A DNA stretch of 64,000 nucleotides from an uncultured Clostridia bacterium (lineage in GTDB: Bacteria; Bacillota; Clostridia; TANB77; CAG-508), in NCBI GenBank assembly GCA_944386415.1, contig CALXAY010000002.1, positions 22,297 to 86,296 on the forward strand. Direction: 5' to 3'. This document shows positions 1 to 11,051 of this stretch, piece by piece. The position numbers and the translations under genes were made by a program. The notes under the pieces are model-generated. The model searched no databases and was not told where the DNA came from. It was given only the letters and a program-made list of their open reading frames with translations. Each line of letters starts with the position of its first letter. Position 1 is the stretch's first letter.

Positions 1-24
1 TGCAACTTTAATTGTATTTTCCAT
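1..24 (-). CDS. 5' end of an unidentified gene directly downstream of the helicase/DUF1998 gene (runs off the window)
   Basis: ATG at 24-22 (MENTIKVA...) preceded by AGGAGG (minus strand, 31-36) that overlaps the TAG stop of the upstream ORF. Only 8 codons are visible. Confidence 0.35.
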
Positions 25-34
25 TTTTTACCTC

Positions 35-3000
35 CTAAATATTTTTGGCATCTTCTATATTTTTAATAATTTTGTATCCTTTTTCTATAAATGTTTGTTC
101 ACTTTCTTCAGCTTGAATATTTGTTAAATATACTGCTTTTTGATTTGGCCATAACATTTCACATTCAGCAATTACTACTCCATTTTCTTCTAATTCAAAT
201 CCTACTATATCAGGAGCAATAATATTATTTTTAATACATTCCTCTGCAAATTTCTTTGCATCTTCATCAAATATTTCCTGCAATTTTTCATTCCAGTTTT
301 GATCTACCATATCAGTTGTTACTGTTTCAGTCGTAACATTTACAATATTTAATTTATTATATGTATTATTAATAATACCTGTTGTGCTTAATCCATAGAA
401 ATATTCACTAAATTGCATTACATTATAGAAATTCCAAAATCCATTCCATTCTTTCTTATAATTATCATCTCTTAATATGTTTTCATCATGTAACTCGATA
501 AATACATATGGATATTGAGGCTCTTTTTTAACGCCATCAATTCCAGCATATACATAGATTGCAGGATGTAATTCTTTTGGTATCCATGTTCCAAATAATG
601 TTTTACCAAATTCTTTTTCGTAATTTGAATTCATATTATTCATAAGTTTTGAAATATCTTCATTCCATAAATCAAAAGCATCTTGTTTTTTTGATTTTTC
701 GGCATCTATTAAAGACCATGAATATGCACTTGCATGAATTTTAAACAATTCCTCTGCATTTTCATTTTCTAAGTATTCTGCTAATAGCTCCATAGCATCT
801 ACCTTTGATGGTTTTATTTTTTTTGCTTTTTCTGTAATCATCTGATTATACATTCTAGTTCCAGATGGCATTTTTTCAGGTAATAACGTATCTGTGGCAT
901 AATCTTCAACATGTTTCAATTTATTTTTTACATCATCAAAAGTTAATGACCATACTCTATACTTACCGCTTCTTCTAATTGCTTCTCTTTTTAAAGTATC
1001 ATCATCTGTAATGTCTTTATGATAAGTAAATCCATCTGTAAATACTGCAATTGGTAATTGACCTTTTGCATCTTTAGAAGGCCACATTATAAAATCAGGT
1101 TTGCACTTAACTTTTACTCCTTGACTCTCGTCTAATGTTACTTGAGGTTCTATCTCCCATCTACAATTACCAATTTTTAAAATATATCCTTCTTTATTAT
1201 TTACAAAGTCTTTGTTTATAGTTAATTCTCTACTGTCAGTTTTAAGTAAAGCTAATGCCTCAATAAACATATTTTCAAGTTCACTATCTGCTAATGTGTT
1301 TACTGGAATTTTATTTATAGTTTTTATTAGTCTTCTATTGTCTTTTCCGCTAACAATTTGTCTAAACATATTTAGTGCAACTGTTCTTGATATTGAACCA
1401 ATATTCCTACTTTGTCTATATCCATATAAGCAATGATAGCATCCATCTTTTTGTGGATCATCTTTACAAGTACAAGTTTCCATTACATGAATAGCTTTTT
1501 GAAATACTTCGATTAAAAAGTTATCATTTTGAATTAATTGTTTTAAATATCCAGTACCTCCTGGTACAGAATCATAAACAACTAAATATTCTTTTCTATA
1601 CTCTTCACCTTGAACTGGTGCTTCACATATACAGGTTCTTAAATGTTCAACATTTCCAAAGTACTCTTTCATTCCTAGCATAAAAGCTGCCTCAAAAGAT
1701 TCAACTTTTGTTCTTTCTGATACTAATGTTGTAGCAGGAATAAGCAATCTTAATGCCTCAGTAGATAATTCTCTATACAAGAATAAACAATTTACATAAT
1801 TTTCTGAATTAACTAGAGAATTTTTTACTTTACATGAATAAGTATGTAAAGGTTTGTTATCGTCGGTTTGGATTTTGCCACAATATTTACATATTTTAAA
1901 TCCTTTTCTGATACTTTCTACTCCACCTACGAACAATTTTTCCCCAGACAGTTGAGCTTCACCAAAATTTATTTCTCTAATTGTTGCTTTTTTTACATAC
2001 TCAAATCCAAAAGGAAATTCATTATTATTCATTTCATATGCTTTTTCAATATCTTTTTCGTCGTCTATATCTACTAATAGCTGTTTATTATAAAAAATAG
2101 TTTTTCTATCATCACTTGCATCATCAATGTGGCTATCGTTATCATTCATATTTGAATAAACAAGATTTGCTTTAAGCATAGACCTTATTTGTCCTTTATC
2201 TGCCCATGCAGGACTTCCGCACTCTGGGCAAGAAGCTGTATGGTTTCCATCTATTTCAATTTCAGCGTGAGCACAATTAGGGCAAAGTCTCCATGAAGTT
2301 ATATTAGATGATACTAAATCAACCTGATCAATTTGAAGCTTTCTTCCAGCAGCATAAAATGTATTTAATGGTGCGAATTCGCTTATAGCACTTGATGATG
2401 GTCTCTTAAATTCATAAGTCAATTTACTCCATTTTTTTGTTTCAGAACTATCATTATCTTCTTTTTTTCTAAGTATAGCCTTTAATGTGATTCCTTCTTC
2501 CGGAAAAGCATAGTTAGGTAATAGTCCTTCATCTGATAAAAAGTTAAAAACATCTTTGTTAGTCATATCTTTAACAACTCTTGATAATGCTTTTCTTTCA
2601 GCTTCTAATTCTTTTTTCTCTTCGTCAAAAGCTGAATCGTGAGGTCCGTTTTCTATTTTTTCTATTTGCTTTTTCAAGTCATTTATATTATCCATTAACG
2701 ATTCTTTTTGCTTTTTTATAGCATCAAATGTTCTATAAATCTTTAAATACATAGAGCCTTCATCTGATTCAGCACCATTAGCAAATGAATATATTTCGCC
2801 TTTAGTTATGTCTGTAATATCTGGAAATAACTTAAAAAATTCTGATAATAAATTTGACAAATTATTTTGAGTATAATTTATAAAATTGTATGGAAATTGA
2901 TTGCTATCTCTATCATTTAATTGATTGATACATTTACCAACATTCTTTGGAATTGCAGTTTCAGGTACTCCACTTTTAATCCAATTATCAAAACAATATG

Positions 3001-6000
3001 CTATAAATTGTCTTTCAAGAACTGCAGAAGCATTCAAAAATATTTTTGGAGCTTCAACCTCTCCATCTATCATTTCCATTGGACTTGCATAAAAATACAA
3101 ATCATGAGGCACAGCATTTGCAACTGTTACTATTAAAGCATTTCCATCTTTTCTTCCTGCACGTCCTGCTCTTTGCAAATAATTTGATTGAACAGGTGGC
3201 ATACTACAAAGAATAACTGTTGACAAATTACCTATATCAATACCCATTTCAAGTGTCGGAGTACATGATAAAATATTTATATCCCATGGTTTTTGTTCAT
3301 CTTTTTTATGTTTAAATATTCTTTCAATTTCTTCTCTATTACTTCTACTTAATAATCCGGTATGCTCCTCTGCAACGATTCTTCTAATATCTCCATTACA
3401 ATATAAATTATGATAATAATCAAAATAGTTATTCTCTATTTTTTCTATTATCCCAAAACAATTGCTTGAAGGACATAAAAATTCATTTAATAATTTGCTA
3501 TTTTCTTTACTTATAGTATAATATTGTCCGCATTTATTGCATTTATAAGTTTCAACATTATTAGAAATATAAATATTTTTTTCATTTAATCCATAAACAT
3601 ATATGTTTTCATTTAATTTAATTTCTTGAATAATTCCTACTTTTTTTAATTCGTTAATTGCATTAATAAATACACTTCTATCTAATCCAGCATTTGTCAA
3701 TACTAATTCTATAGGCAATATTGATTCAATTTCTTTTAAATATTTCGATTTTTCGTTGTCTATATCGCAAAAGTTTTTATTTTTTATTCCACTTTGCTTA
3801 CACAAAAATTCAGGTACATTTCTTGATGAATTCTTACCTGGCATCCATCTCATCCATTGTGAAGATAGTAAATAATCTTGTCCACCTTTTTGCAAATATT
3901 GCTCATAAGCTAAATCATAAATTGCACCATTATATTTCATTTTATTTAATATTGTGATAATGATATTTTTAAATAAATCTATATTTAGTAAAGAAGAATT
4001 TCCATATTCATTTATAATTATTTCTCTTAATTCATTAGAAACTTCTTCAACTTTATTATTTGGAAAATGCATAACAGAACTATATGTTTTTTCAAGAGTT
4101 CTACCAATTCTTGAAGTTAGACCATATTCAAGTAATATTTCATATTTAAGCCTACTATCAATAAATCTAACCAATAATCTAGATGAATCATTTTCTTGTA
4201 GTTTTCCTGTCTCTTGCATATTGTTATATGCATCCATCCATACTAAATTTGGTGGAATAAATAAAGAAACATATTCTTCAATTGTAAGTTTTTCTTTCCA
4301 ATATTTTATAAACTCATTTTGAAAATCATATAAATTTAAATTATTTCCTTTATCATCAACAAATTTTTGTATTGCACTTCTCAAAGAGAATTTCCATGTT
4401 CTTGAATTAAAGAATCCTGCTCTATGTGCTGCATCTTGTACATTATCAGAAAAGGTCAACGCTTTTTTATCATCATTAAATGTAGATGTGAACATTTGAG
4501 ATACTGTAGCACTAATTGCTGTCGCACTTCTTAAACCTAGCAATGAGATACTAGATTTGCTTTTACAATGTGGACAAACATAATGCTTATGATTTTTACT
4601 TCCTGCACTTATGACTTTAGGAAATATAACTGGTATAGTATCTGCACCACATGATGAACAACTATGCGTTTTTTCATCTCCTAAATCTATTTGTAAGCAT
4701 TCTGGGCAAATGAATCCCTTATAAAAACCTGCTTTTTCTTTCTCATGATTATCAGGATAAACAAATAATATTTTGTCATTATAATTAAAGAATTCATTAT
4801 AGAATGTATTTAAATCATATACTTTTCCATTTTGTCTTGCATCAGGAATAGTTACCCAGCCAGTATAACCACAATCTCTACAATTAATTATTGGTAAATA
4901 ATGAGTTGATTGTTCTTTATTTAAATCTGTTGCCAAAGCATATTCAACATTATTTTTGCTCACTTTACCAACTACTCTTCTTAATTCTCTAAACCATAAT
5001 TGTGTAGTAACTGTTAAAAATGGTCTTATTTTTCCTCCAACTAATGTCCTTGAATAAGAAATTAAAGCAAATAATGTATCAATAGCAAATTGAGGTTCAC
5101 TTACTTCATTAAGAAATGGATATGAACTTTTTAATTCAGAAATTATATAGTTATCTTGAATATATTTGTTCTTCATCAAAGTAAGCATAGATCTTGTAAA
5201 ATTATGTTCTAATAATCTTTTTCCTAATTCTACTTTTCCTTCATCAGTTAATACTTTATTCTCGTCAAAATCTGTAATCCATGCTTTAACTGCTAATTTT
5301 ATAAATCCGTTAAATTCATCTTTTTCATAAGCTTTATATAATTGGTTTATTTCATCATTTGTTGGTACTTTAAAATCTTTTATATCTTCTACAAAAAATT
5401 CTTCGGGATTTAATCTATCTTCTGTGATAACAGAATCATCATTAAATTTTTCTCCAAAAATTTCACTAGCATATTGAATAATTTTTGAGTTATCTTCGCC
5501 ACTTCCTATTGTGGCAGAAGTTCCTACCCCACAAATATAATCTTTAGGCGTTCCTAATCTTGATTTTAATCTTCTTAATAAACAAGCTAAGTCTGTACCT
5601 TGAGCACCATCAAAAGTATGCAATTCATCTACAACGATATATTTTAAAGTATCTTCTTTATTTTCTTTCCAAATAGAAGCATCTTTTGGTCTAACTAATA
5701 AATAATCAAGCATTTTATAATTTGTTAATAAAATATCTGGAGGGTTTGATAGTAATGTTTCATGGTCTGTTATTACAAAATCCTTTCCCATTACCATCGT
5801 TGATTTACCTTGCTCTTCACCACCAACATACATTCCAACAGTAACATTACCTTTTAATTTGCTATTGCCATAAATCTCTTCAGCAATACGTCTAGCTTGA
5901 TCTGTTGCTAATGCATTCATAGGGTAAATGATTAAAACTTTTACTCCTCGTTTTTCTCTGTGTTTATAACAATAATCTAGTGTAGGAAACATGAAACATT

Positions 6001-6310
6001 CTGTTTTACCAGAACCCGTTCCAGTTGCTACTATTGTAGATACTGGATTATCTATCGCCAATCTTTTAAATGCTTTATGTTGATGAACATAAGACTTATA
6101 GTTAATTGTTACTGCCTCAAAATCGTCTTCTTCATCTGAAGTTCTAAATGGCATTTTTACTGCAATATAAGGTTCATGATAAACCGAATCTTTAGTTTTT
6201 AATAATTTATCAATTGAACCTTTGAAGCAATCATTTGTCATCGGAAATGTTGCTTCTATATAATCACTTAATCCTTTTTCAAGTTGTCTTGAAAGTATTG
6301 ATGGTAACAT
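35..6310 (-). CDS. drmA: Giant DEAD/DEAH-box helicase fused to a DUF1998 (MrfA-type zinc) module and a C-terminal DUF559/Vsr-like nuclease-type module; DISARM DrmA+DrmB-like
   Basis: Helicase motifs: Walker A ATGTGSGKTE, motif II VVDELH, motif III TSAT, motif VI YLQRAGRAGR. Several Cys-pair zinc-ribbon inserts (CRDCGYTGW, CPECLQ..CSSCG, CPHCKSK). DUF1998-like block: CPNCAH..CPECGS, DSVPGGTGYL, CYHCLYGYRQSRN. C-terminal block: KPDFIMW..AVFTDGFTYH..LKREAIRRSGKYRVWSLTFDDV. Start lies 3 nt after the methylase stop. Confidence 0.6.
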   Translation of the reverse strand: MLPSILSRQLEKGLSDYIEATFPMTNDCFKGSIDKLLKTKDSVYHEPYIAVKMPFRTSDEEDDFEAVTINYKSYVHQHKAFKRLAIDNPVSTIVATGTGSGKTECFMFPTLDYCYKHREKRGVKVLIIYPMNALATDQARRIAEEIYGNSKLKGNVTVGMYVGGEEQGKSTMVMGKDFVITDHETLLSNPPDILLTNYKMLDYLLVRPKDASIWKENKEDTLKYIVVDELHTFDGAQGTDLACLLRRLKSRLGTPKDYICGVGTSATIGSGEDNSKIIQYASEIFGEKFNDDSVITEDRLNPEEFFVEDIKDFKVPTNDEINQLYKAYEKDEFNGFIKLAVKAWITDFDENKVLTDEGKVELGKRLLEHNFTRSMLTLMKNKYIQDNYIISELKSSYPFLNEVSEPQFAIDTLFALISYSRTLVGGKIRPFLTVTTQLWFRELRRVVGKVSKNNVEYALATDLNKEQSTHYLPIINCRDCGYTGWVTIPDARQNGKVYDLNTFYNEFFNYNDKILFVYPDNHEKEKAGFYKGFICPECLQIDLGDEKTHSCSSCGADTIPVIFPKVISAGSKNHKHYVCPHCKSKSSISLLGLRSATAISATVSQMFTSTFNDDKKALTFSDNVQDAAHRAGFFNSRTWKFSLRSAIQKFVDDKGNNLNLYDFQNEFIKYWKEKLTIEEYVSLFIPPNLVWMDAYNNMQETGKLQENDSSRLLVRFIDSRLKYEILLEYGLTSRIGRTLEKTYSSVMHFPNNKVEEVSNELREIIINEYGNSSLLNIDLFKNIIITILNKMKYNGAIYDLAYEQYLQKGGQDYLLSSQWMRWMPGKNSSRNVPEFLCKQSGIKNKNFCDIDNEKSKYLKEIESILPIELVLTNAGLDRSVFINAINELKKVGIIQEIKLNENIYVYGLNEKNIYISNNVETYKCNKCGQYYTISKENSKLLNEFLCPSSNCFGIIEKIENNYFDYYHNLYCNGDIRRIVAEEHTGLLSRSNREEIERIFKHKKDEQKPWDINILSCTPTLEMGIDIGNLSTVILCSMPPVQSNYLQRAGRAGRKDGNALIVTVANAVPHDLYFYASPMEMIDGEVEAPKIFLNASAVLERQFIAYCFDNWIKSGVPETAIPKNVGKCINQLNDRDSNQFPYNFINYTQNNLSNLLSEFFKLFPDITDITKGEIYSFANGAESDEGSMYLKIYRTFDAIKKQKESLMDNINDLKKQIEKIENGPHDSAFDEEKKELEAERKALSRVVKDMTNKDVFNFLSDEGLLPNYAFPEEGITLKAILRKKEDNDSSETKKWSKLTYEFKRPSSSAISEFAPLNTFYAAGRKLQIDQVDLVSSNITSWRLCPNCAHAEIEIDGNHTASCPECGSPAWADKGQIRSMLKANLVYSNMNDNDSHIDDASDDRKTIFYNKQLLVDIDDEKDIEKAYEMNNNEFPFGFEYVKKATIREINFGEAQLSGEKLFVGGVESIRKGFKICKYCGKIQTDDNKPLHTYSCKVKNSLVNSENYVNCLFLYRELSTEALRLLIPATTLVSERTKVESFEAAFMLGMKEYFGNVEHLRTCICEAPVQGEEYRKEYLVVYDSVPGGTGYLKQLIQNDNFLIEVFQKAIHVMETCTCKDDPQKDGCYHCLYGYRQSRNIGSISRTVALNMFRQIVSGKDNRRLIKTINKIPVNTLADSELENMFIEALALLKTDSRELTINKDFVNNKEGYILKIGNCRWEIEPQVTLDESQGVKVKCKPDFIMWPSKDAKGQLPIAVFTDGFTYHKDITDDDTLKREAIRRSGKYRVWSLTFDDVKNKLKHVEDYATDTLLPEKMPSGTRMYNQMITEKAKKIKPSKVDAMELLAEYLENENAEELFKIHASAYSWSLIDAEKSKKQDAFDLWNEDISKLMNNMNSNYEKEFGKTLFGTWIPKELHPAIYVYAGIDGVKKEPQYPYVFIELHDENILRDDNYKKEWNGFWNFYNVMQFSEYFYGLSTTGIINNTYNKLNIVNVTTETVTTDMVDQNWNEKLQEIFDEDAKKFAEECIKNNIIAPDIVGFELEENGVVIAECEMLWPNQKAVYLTNIQAEESEQTFIEKGYKIIKNIEDAKNI

Positions 6311-6313
6311 TTA

Positions 6314-9300
6314 TTATTCCTCACTTTCATATTTATCTTTAAAAAACTTCCATGCAGTTTTATAATCTTCTATCCTGTCACATTTATCAAATGGTGCAAC
6401 ATACTCTATTGTTCTTTCACTAGGTCCTCCTGGCAAAGTATCATCCATAATTGTTTGAGTGAATATTTTACCTTCTTTAGTATATTTCACCTGCTCAAAT
6501 TCATTTCTAGTTAAACCAACATTAGTTAAACTTCTATTATTCGTAAAAACAATATTTCCCTTTTGATCATACCAAGTCTCATCTTCATATTGCTGAGCTA
6601 CTGGAAACTGTATTTTATAAATATCTATTAATTGCTCTAATGACATTCCTAATTGCATTGCTGTTAATACATCAATTTCAACTAATGCTTGTCTTCGTTC
6701 AAATTCCGTTTTTAAGGAATATGAGAAATCCCATTCTTGTTTTAGCACTGAAAAATTTTGTTTTAATCTTGTATCTTTTTTTGACCAACTATCATATATG
6801 TTTTTATTATTCCAACATTTTTCCCATATTTCTTTATAATAATCAGTTAAACAATTTAACAACATGCTTCTCAACACAATAGGCTGTATATACTTACCTG
6901 AAAGTATAGGCAATATTTTTGCAGATTTATATAAAAAACTGGCATTGCCTAAAACTTTTATCAAGAAGTCATATGGTACAGAAGAAAATAATCCAGATAA
7001 TATACCTAATGTATACTGATCTTCAGTAATTAGACCATATACAGTTATTATATGACATACATTTGGAGGAATTATAGCACTAGTTAACGTTCTCTCACTA
7101 GATAAGTTAAGCATTTTTCTAGTAATTAATCTATATCCAGAATTGTATTTTTTATTCCAAATAGTATTAGGTATACGTTTAATATATTCTTCCATACTAC
7201 AAGCAGGAGAATAATTACATCTCTGTAACGTCTTATTGTTAATATTATTTAAATCAATTTTATCAAAAGCTCTTCTAGTTGAACAATCTCTTTGGGAACT
7301 TTGAAATAATGGATTTGCAACACCAAAATGTGGACCGGATAAAATTGAATCAACTAAATCTTTTGGAAAATGAACATTTCTAACAATAGTTCCATCTTCT
7401 TGAGCACCAGTTTCATCAAAGCAAATGCTACCAAAAATATCTTGCCTATTTCCAATTTTATTTTTTTCTTTATTAAATTTTCTCAATACTTCTAACAAAT
7501 GCTTACCATGTAAACTAGGTAATCGAGCATCAAATGGGTTTTGACTATCATCAAATAAATTTGCAAATAATTTTAAGTCATCATTATTAATAGTTAAAAT
7601 TCTTTGAGTTGTACCATGTATCTCCCATTTTCCATCTTTATCTTTAATACCAGGTAGTTCATTATCTTTATTAATATAGCACTCATCTATTGTTGTAGGA
7701 TAAAACAAATTAAAAATAGCATCAAATGTATCCGAAATTTGATTAGAATATATGTTTAAGCTAAATTTCATCATGTTTCCAACTTCTGCAAATAATTTGA
7801 ATTCGTTTTCAAATCTAAAGTGACATCTCAATCTTGGATAAAGCTTTTCTCTCAGAATACTTCCGTTAGGATCATCATATACACCATTAGGATGAATAAA
7901 GCCAGAAACTCCATTATTATTAGCAAGATACCAACTTAATGGTATAAAACATCTAAATAAGTTTGTTTGCTGTCCTTTTAATAATGGATAATTTTGCATA
8001 GCATTAAAATAATTAATCATTCCATTCATACTAGAAAATTCGGTATAATACTCATTCCTATTTAAATATTTTTCTAATATTTTTTCACGTTCATCCTTAA
8101 TTGTTTTTGCATTTAAATTTCTTATGTATAATTTAGGATTAAAATCTGCTAAAATTAAACTTTCATTCCAATTAATTTTTATCCATGGTGGATTTCCAAT
8201 TATTAAATCAAATCCGCCATGTTCTTTAAATAGATCTGCAAATTCGAGTTCCCAATGCATAAAATGGTTTTCTTCTGATATTTGTCTTACAAGAGCCAGT
8301 CTTTCCTCATTTTCACATAGTTGGTCAAGATTTACTTTTCCTAAATCATCATATTTTTTCTCTAGGTCTAATGCAATTTGCTCAATATCTGTATCAAACA
8401 TAGAAGTTTGATATCCATTTTTTGTCCATACTCCCTTCTGACCTTCTTGTTTTACAGACATTATTCCACCTTCTAATATTAAAGACATATCATAAATATA
8501 TTCACTTCTAGAAGGTAATAAGTCTGCCTTATCTATTGGCCAAAACCATAATGCACACCAATAGTCCATTGCGAACTTCAATCTTGCATAAGGTCCTGCA
8601 TTATTCATATGTTCTGTTTTATATATCTTTGTATATATTTCATCTTTTTGTCTAATAGTTGTATGAGAATCTTCAGTAGTATCTTCATGGCCATATATAG
8701 ATAATTTATCAGCAGTTTTTTCTTCAATTTCTTTCCTTAATTCAACTTGCTTGTCCCATAAGTTATCTATAACATCTGAAATTCTTAATAGTGATTCCAC
8801 TTCATCTGAATTACATGGTTTTATAAATTCTCTATTCCATGTTTTCATTTTATCTATATTATCTTTTTCAAGTTCTTTAATAACTTTATCATTATAAGAA
8901 CACATGCCTGGATCTCCAAGTAAAAAATGGTACACTTGAGGTCTCTTAGTTTTTAAATCTTTTACATTCCTTTCTTCTGATAAAGGAACTCTTGTAGGTT
9001 CTGAATTATACCATTGCAAATTACTATTAGTAGCCATTATTTGATCTTTGTTATATACTTGTCTTCTAGCACCAATTAATGAATTTCCATTTACTATTTG
9101 TATATTAAACCAAGGAACATACCTGCCTTTAAAAATTGTATTTAACCATAATGAAACTTCTGCTAATTCTACTGCAGTTGGATTTAAGTCAACACCATAT
9201 ATATTTTTATCTGCAATATACATTTTTACTTTTTGAACTTCTGTATACCTTTGTTCATATGGAATTAATTCGTTTTTTTCTTCTTGTTTTTTGTTTATAT

Positions 9301-11050
9301 ATGCATCTGCTAATTGATTTATTGTTTCATTCAAGAATGCAGCACTTCCCATTGCTGGCTCGCATATTTTTAAATTTAATATATCATCAGCAGTTTTATC
9401 TTTTAATAATTCTTTTAATGCATATTTAACTAAGCATTTCGTTAAAACTTCAGGCGTATAATAAGATGCAGATTTTTCTCTTTCTCTTCCTGCAAGTCTA
9501 TATATAAATGTACCTCTTTCATATTTACGAGGTTTTCCTCTATTCGGTCCACTTTCATATCTTACTCTCTCATCCTCTTTATAGTTTTCTAACTCTGCTT
9601 CAGATACAAAATATCCAACTTCTAGTTCATCAAAATGTTCTCCATTCCTTTTCACTTCATAAAGCATTTGTTCAGCAATAAATCCTCTATAAGATAATAA
9701 TGCTTCATATACAGAACCTAATTGATTTATTCCTAAATTAGAATATGATATTCTACCTTTTCCAGTATTATTTCCTCTTGATATACTCATTAACTTAATT
9801 ATCTTTATCATAGCAGAATTACGCAATTTACTATTAGATATTAATTTAGTTAATTCAGGATCAAATATATGCGCTTTTAATGGTTCCATTATAAAAGTAT
9901 CATGTATAGACTCCATTTTTTCAGCTGACAATAATTGTTCTTGATTAGAAGGGTATCCATTATAAATTATATTAAATAACTTATTTATACAGTCGCCTAA
10001 ATAAAATCCTTCTTCAATTTCTTCTGTATTTTCATTAAAATTATCTACTACATCTCTTAATGTTTCTAAAGAATAACCTTTTAAATATGATATATCTTTT
10101 ATTGGAGCATATCCCAATTCTGGTCTTGCTTCAATAAATAAGACAAACAACATTCTATACATATATCTTAAACATTGCATAGTTAAATCAGAGGGATCGA
10201 TTTTTAATTCTGGATTACTATTTTTATAATAATATATAACTTCATTTCCCAATATTTCTATACATTCTCTTAATGCATATTTTAGATCTTGAGAAATACC
10301 AGCAGCGTTTTTAGTTGAATTTTCGTTAAGTTCATCTAAAAGAGAAGTTCCTTCTAATGGGCACAAAGATTCTCTATGTAGTAAAATTGACATTGTTTGT
10401 AAAGTTGTTTCTTCTTTTCTTGAAAAAATTTCTTTTAAATCAAATCCTATATATCTTTTTTCATTCCATTTATTTCTATCAATAAGTGATATTCCATTCA
10501 TACCAATAACAATAATCCATCTTGGTGGATTACTATTAGCAAATAATGATTTTGTTACCAAGTCTTCTGCATTAAAATCACTATTTATATATATATCACA
10601 TGTTTCTTCATCAAAGTCGCCACTGAATAATTTTCCATAAAGTACGTCTTCATCGTCATCAACATTTTGAGAAAGTACAATCCAAAGTAAAGGATTTCCA
10701 TTATTGTCTTTAATTTCTTTATATACAGGTACTTTAATATCATTATCAATATCAACTATTATTGGTGATGATGTATAATATCCAAGTGAAACAAGATATT
10801 TATCAGCCATCTCTTTTATAACTACTAAATCACCATTATTATTCGCTTTTAAAAACTTATCATGTGCTACATAATAACTTTTAGCATCTTCTTTTAATTG
10901 GCTCCAAGGTGTTTTTACATCTTTGCTTGCTTTAGCTACATCTCTCCAACTAGATATAGTTGCATTTGCATTATCTTCAAAAATAGATGAGAAATAATGA
11001 TTAGTATAATATTCATTATAATTATTTATTCCAGTATAAGTTTTAGCCAT
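6314..11050 (-). CDS. drmMI: Large N6-adenine DNA methyltransferase (Eco57I/type IIG-like), DISARM DrmMI-like
   Basis: SAM-binding motif I-like EPAMGSAAFL and catalytic motif IV IIGNPPW. The 1578-aa ORF abuts the SNF2 gene stop (11052) and the helicase start (6310). Confidence 0.6.
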   Translation of the reverse strand: MAKTYTGINNYNEYYTNHYFSSIFEDNANATISSWRDVAKASKDVKTPWSQLKEDAKSYYVAHDKFLKANNNGDLVVIKEMADKYLVSLGYYTSSPIIVDIDNDIKVPVYKEIKDNNGNPLLWIVLSQNVDDDEDVLYGKLFSGDFDEETCDIYINSDFNAEDLVTKSLFANSNPPRWIIVIGMNGISLIDRNKWNEKRYIGFDLKEIFSRKEETTLQTMSILLHRESLCPLEGTSLLDELNENSTKNAAGISQDLKYALRECIEILGNEVIYYYKNSNPELKIDPSDLTMQCLRYMYRMLFVLFIEARPELGYAPIKDISYLKGYSLETLRDVVDNFNENTEEIEEGFYLGDCINKLFNIIYNGYPSNQEQLLSAEKMESIHDTFIMEPLKAHIFDPELTKLISNSKLRNSAMIKIIKLMSISRGNNTGKGRISYSNLGINQLGSVYEALLSYRGFIAEQMLYEVKRNGEHFDELEVGYFVSEAELENYKEDERVRYESGPNRGKPRKYERGTFIYRLAGREREKSASYYTPEVLTKCLVKYALKELLKDKTADDILNLKICEPAMGSAAFLNETINQLADAYINKKQEEKNELIPYEQRYTEVQKVKMYIADKNIYGVDLNPTAVELAEVSLWLNTIFKGRYVPWFNIQIVNGNSLIGARRQVYNKDQIMATNSNLQWYNSEPTRVPLSEERNVKDLKTKRPQVYHFLLGDPGMCSYNDKVIKELEKDNIDKMKTWNREFIKPCNSDEVESLLRISDVIDNLWDKQVELRKEIEEKTADKLSIYGHEDTTEDSHTTIRQKDEIYTKIYKTEHMNNAGPYARLKFAMDYWCALWFWPIDKADLLPSRSEYIYDMSLILEGGIMSVKQEGQKGVWTKNGYQTSMFDTDIEQIALDLEKKYDDLGKVNLDQLCENEERLALVRQISEENHFMHWELEFADLFKEHGGFDLIIGNPPWIKINWNESLILADFNPKLYIRNLNAKTIKDEREKILEKYLNRNEYYTEFSSMNGMINYFNAMQNYPLLKGQQTNLFRCFIPLSWYLANNNGVSGFIHPNGVYDDPNGSILREKLYPRLRCHFRFENEFKLFAEVGNMMKFSLNIYSNQISDTFDAIFNLFYPTTIDECYINKDNELPGIKDKDGKWEIHGTTQRILTINNDDLKLFANLFDDSQNPFDARLPSLHGKHLLEVLRKFNKEKNKIGNRQDIFGSICFDETGAQEDGTIVRNVHFPKDLVDSILSGPHFGVANPLFQSSQRDCSTRRAFDKIDLNNINNKTLQRCNYSPACSMEEYIKRIPNTIWNKKYNSGYRLITRKMLNLSSERTLTSAIIPPNVCHIITVYGLITEDQYTLGILSGLFSSVPYDFLIKVLGNASFLYKSAKILPILSGKYIQPIVLRSMLLNCLTDYYKEIWEKCWNNKNIYDSWSKKDTRLKQNFSVLKQEWDFSYSLKTEFERRQALVEIDVLTAMQLGMSLEQLIDIYKIQFPVAQQYEDETWYDQKGNIVFTNNRSLTNVGLTRNEFEQVKYTKEGKIFTQTIMDDTLPGGPSERTIEYVAPFDKCDRIEDYKTAWKFFKDKYESEE

Positions 11051-11051
11051 T

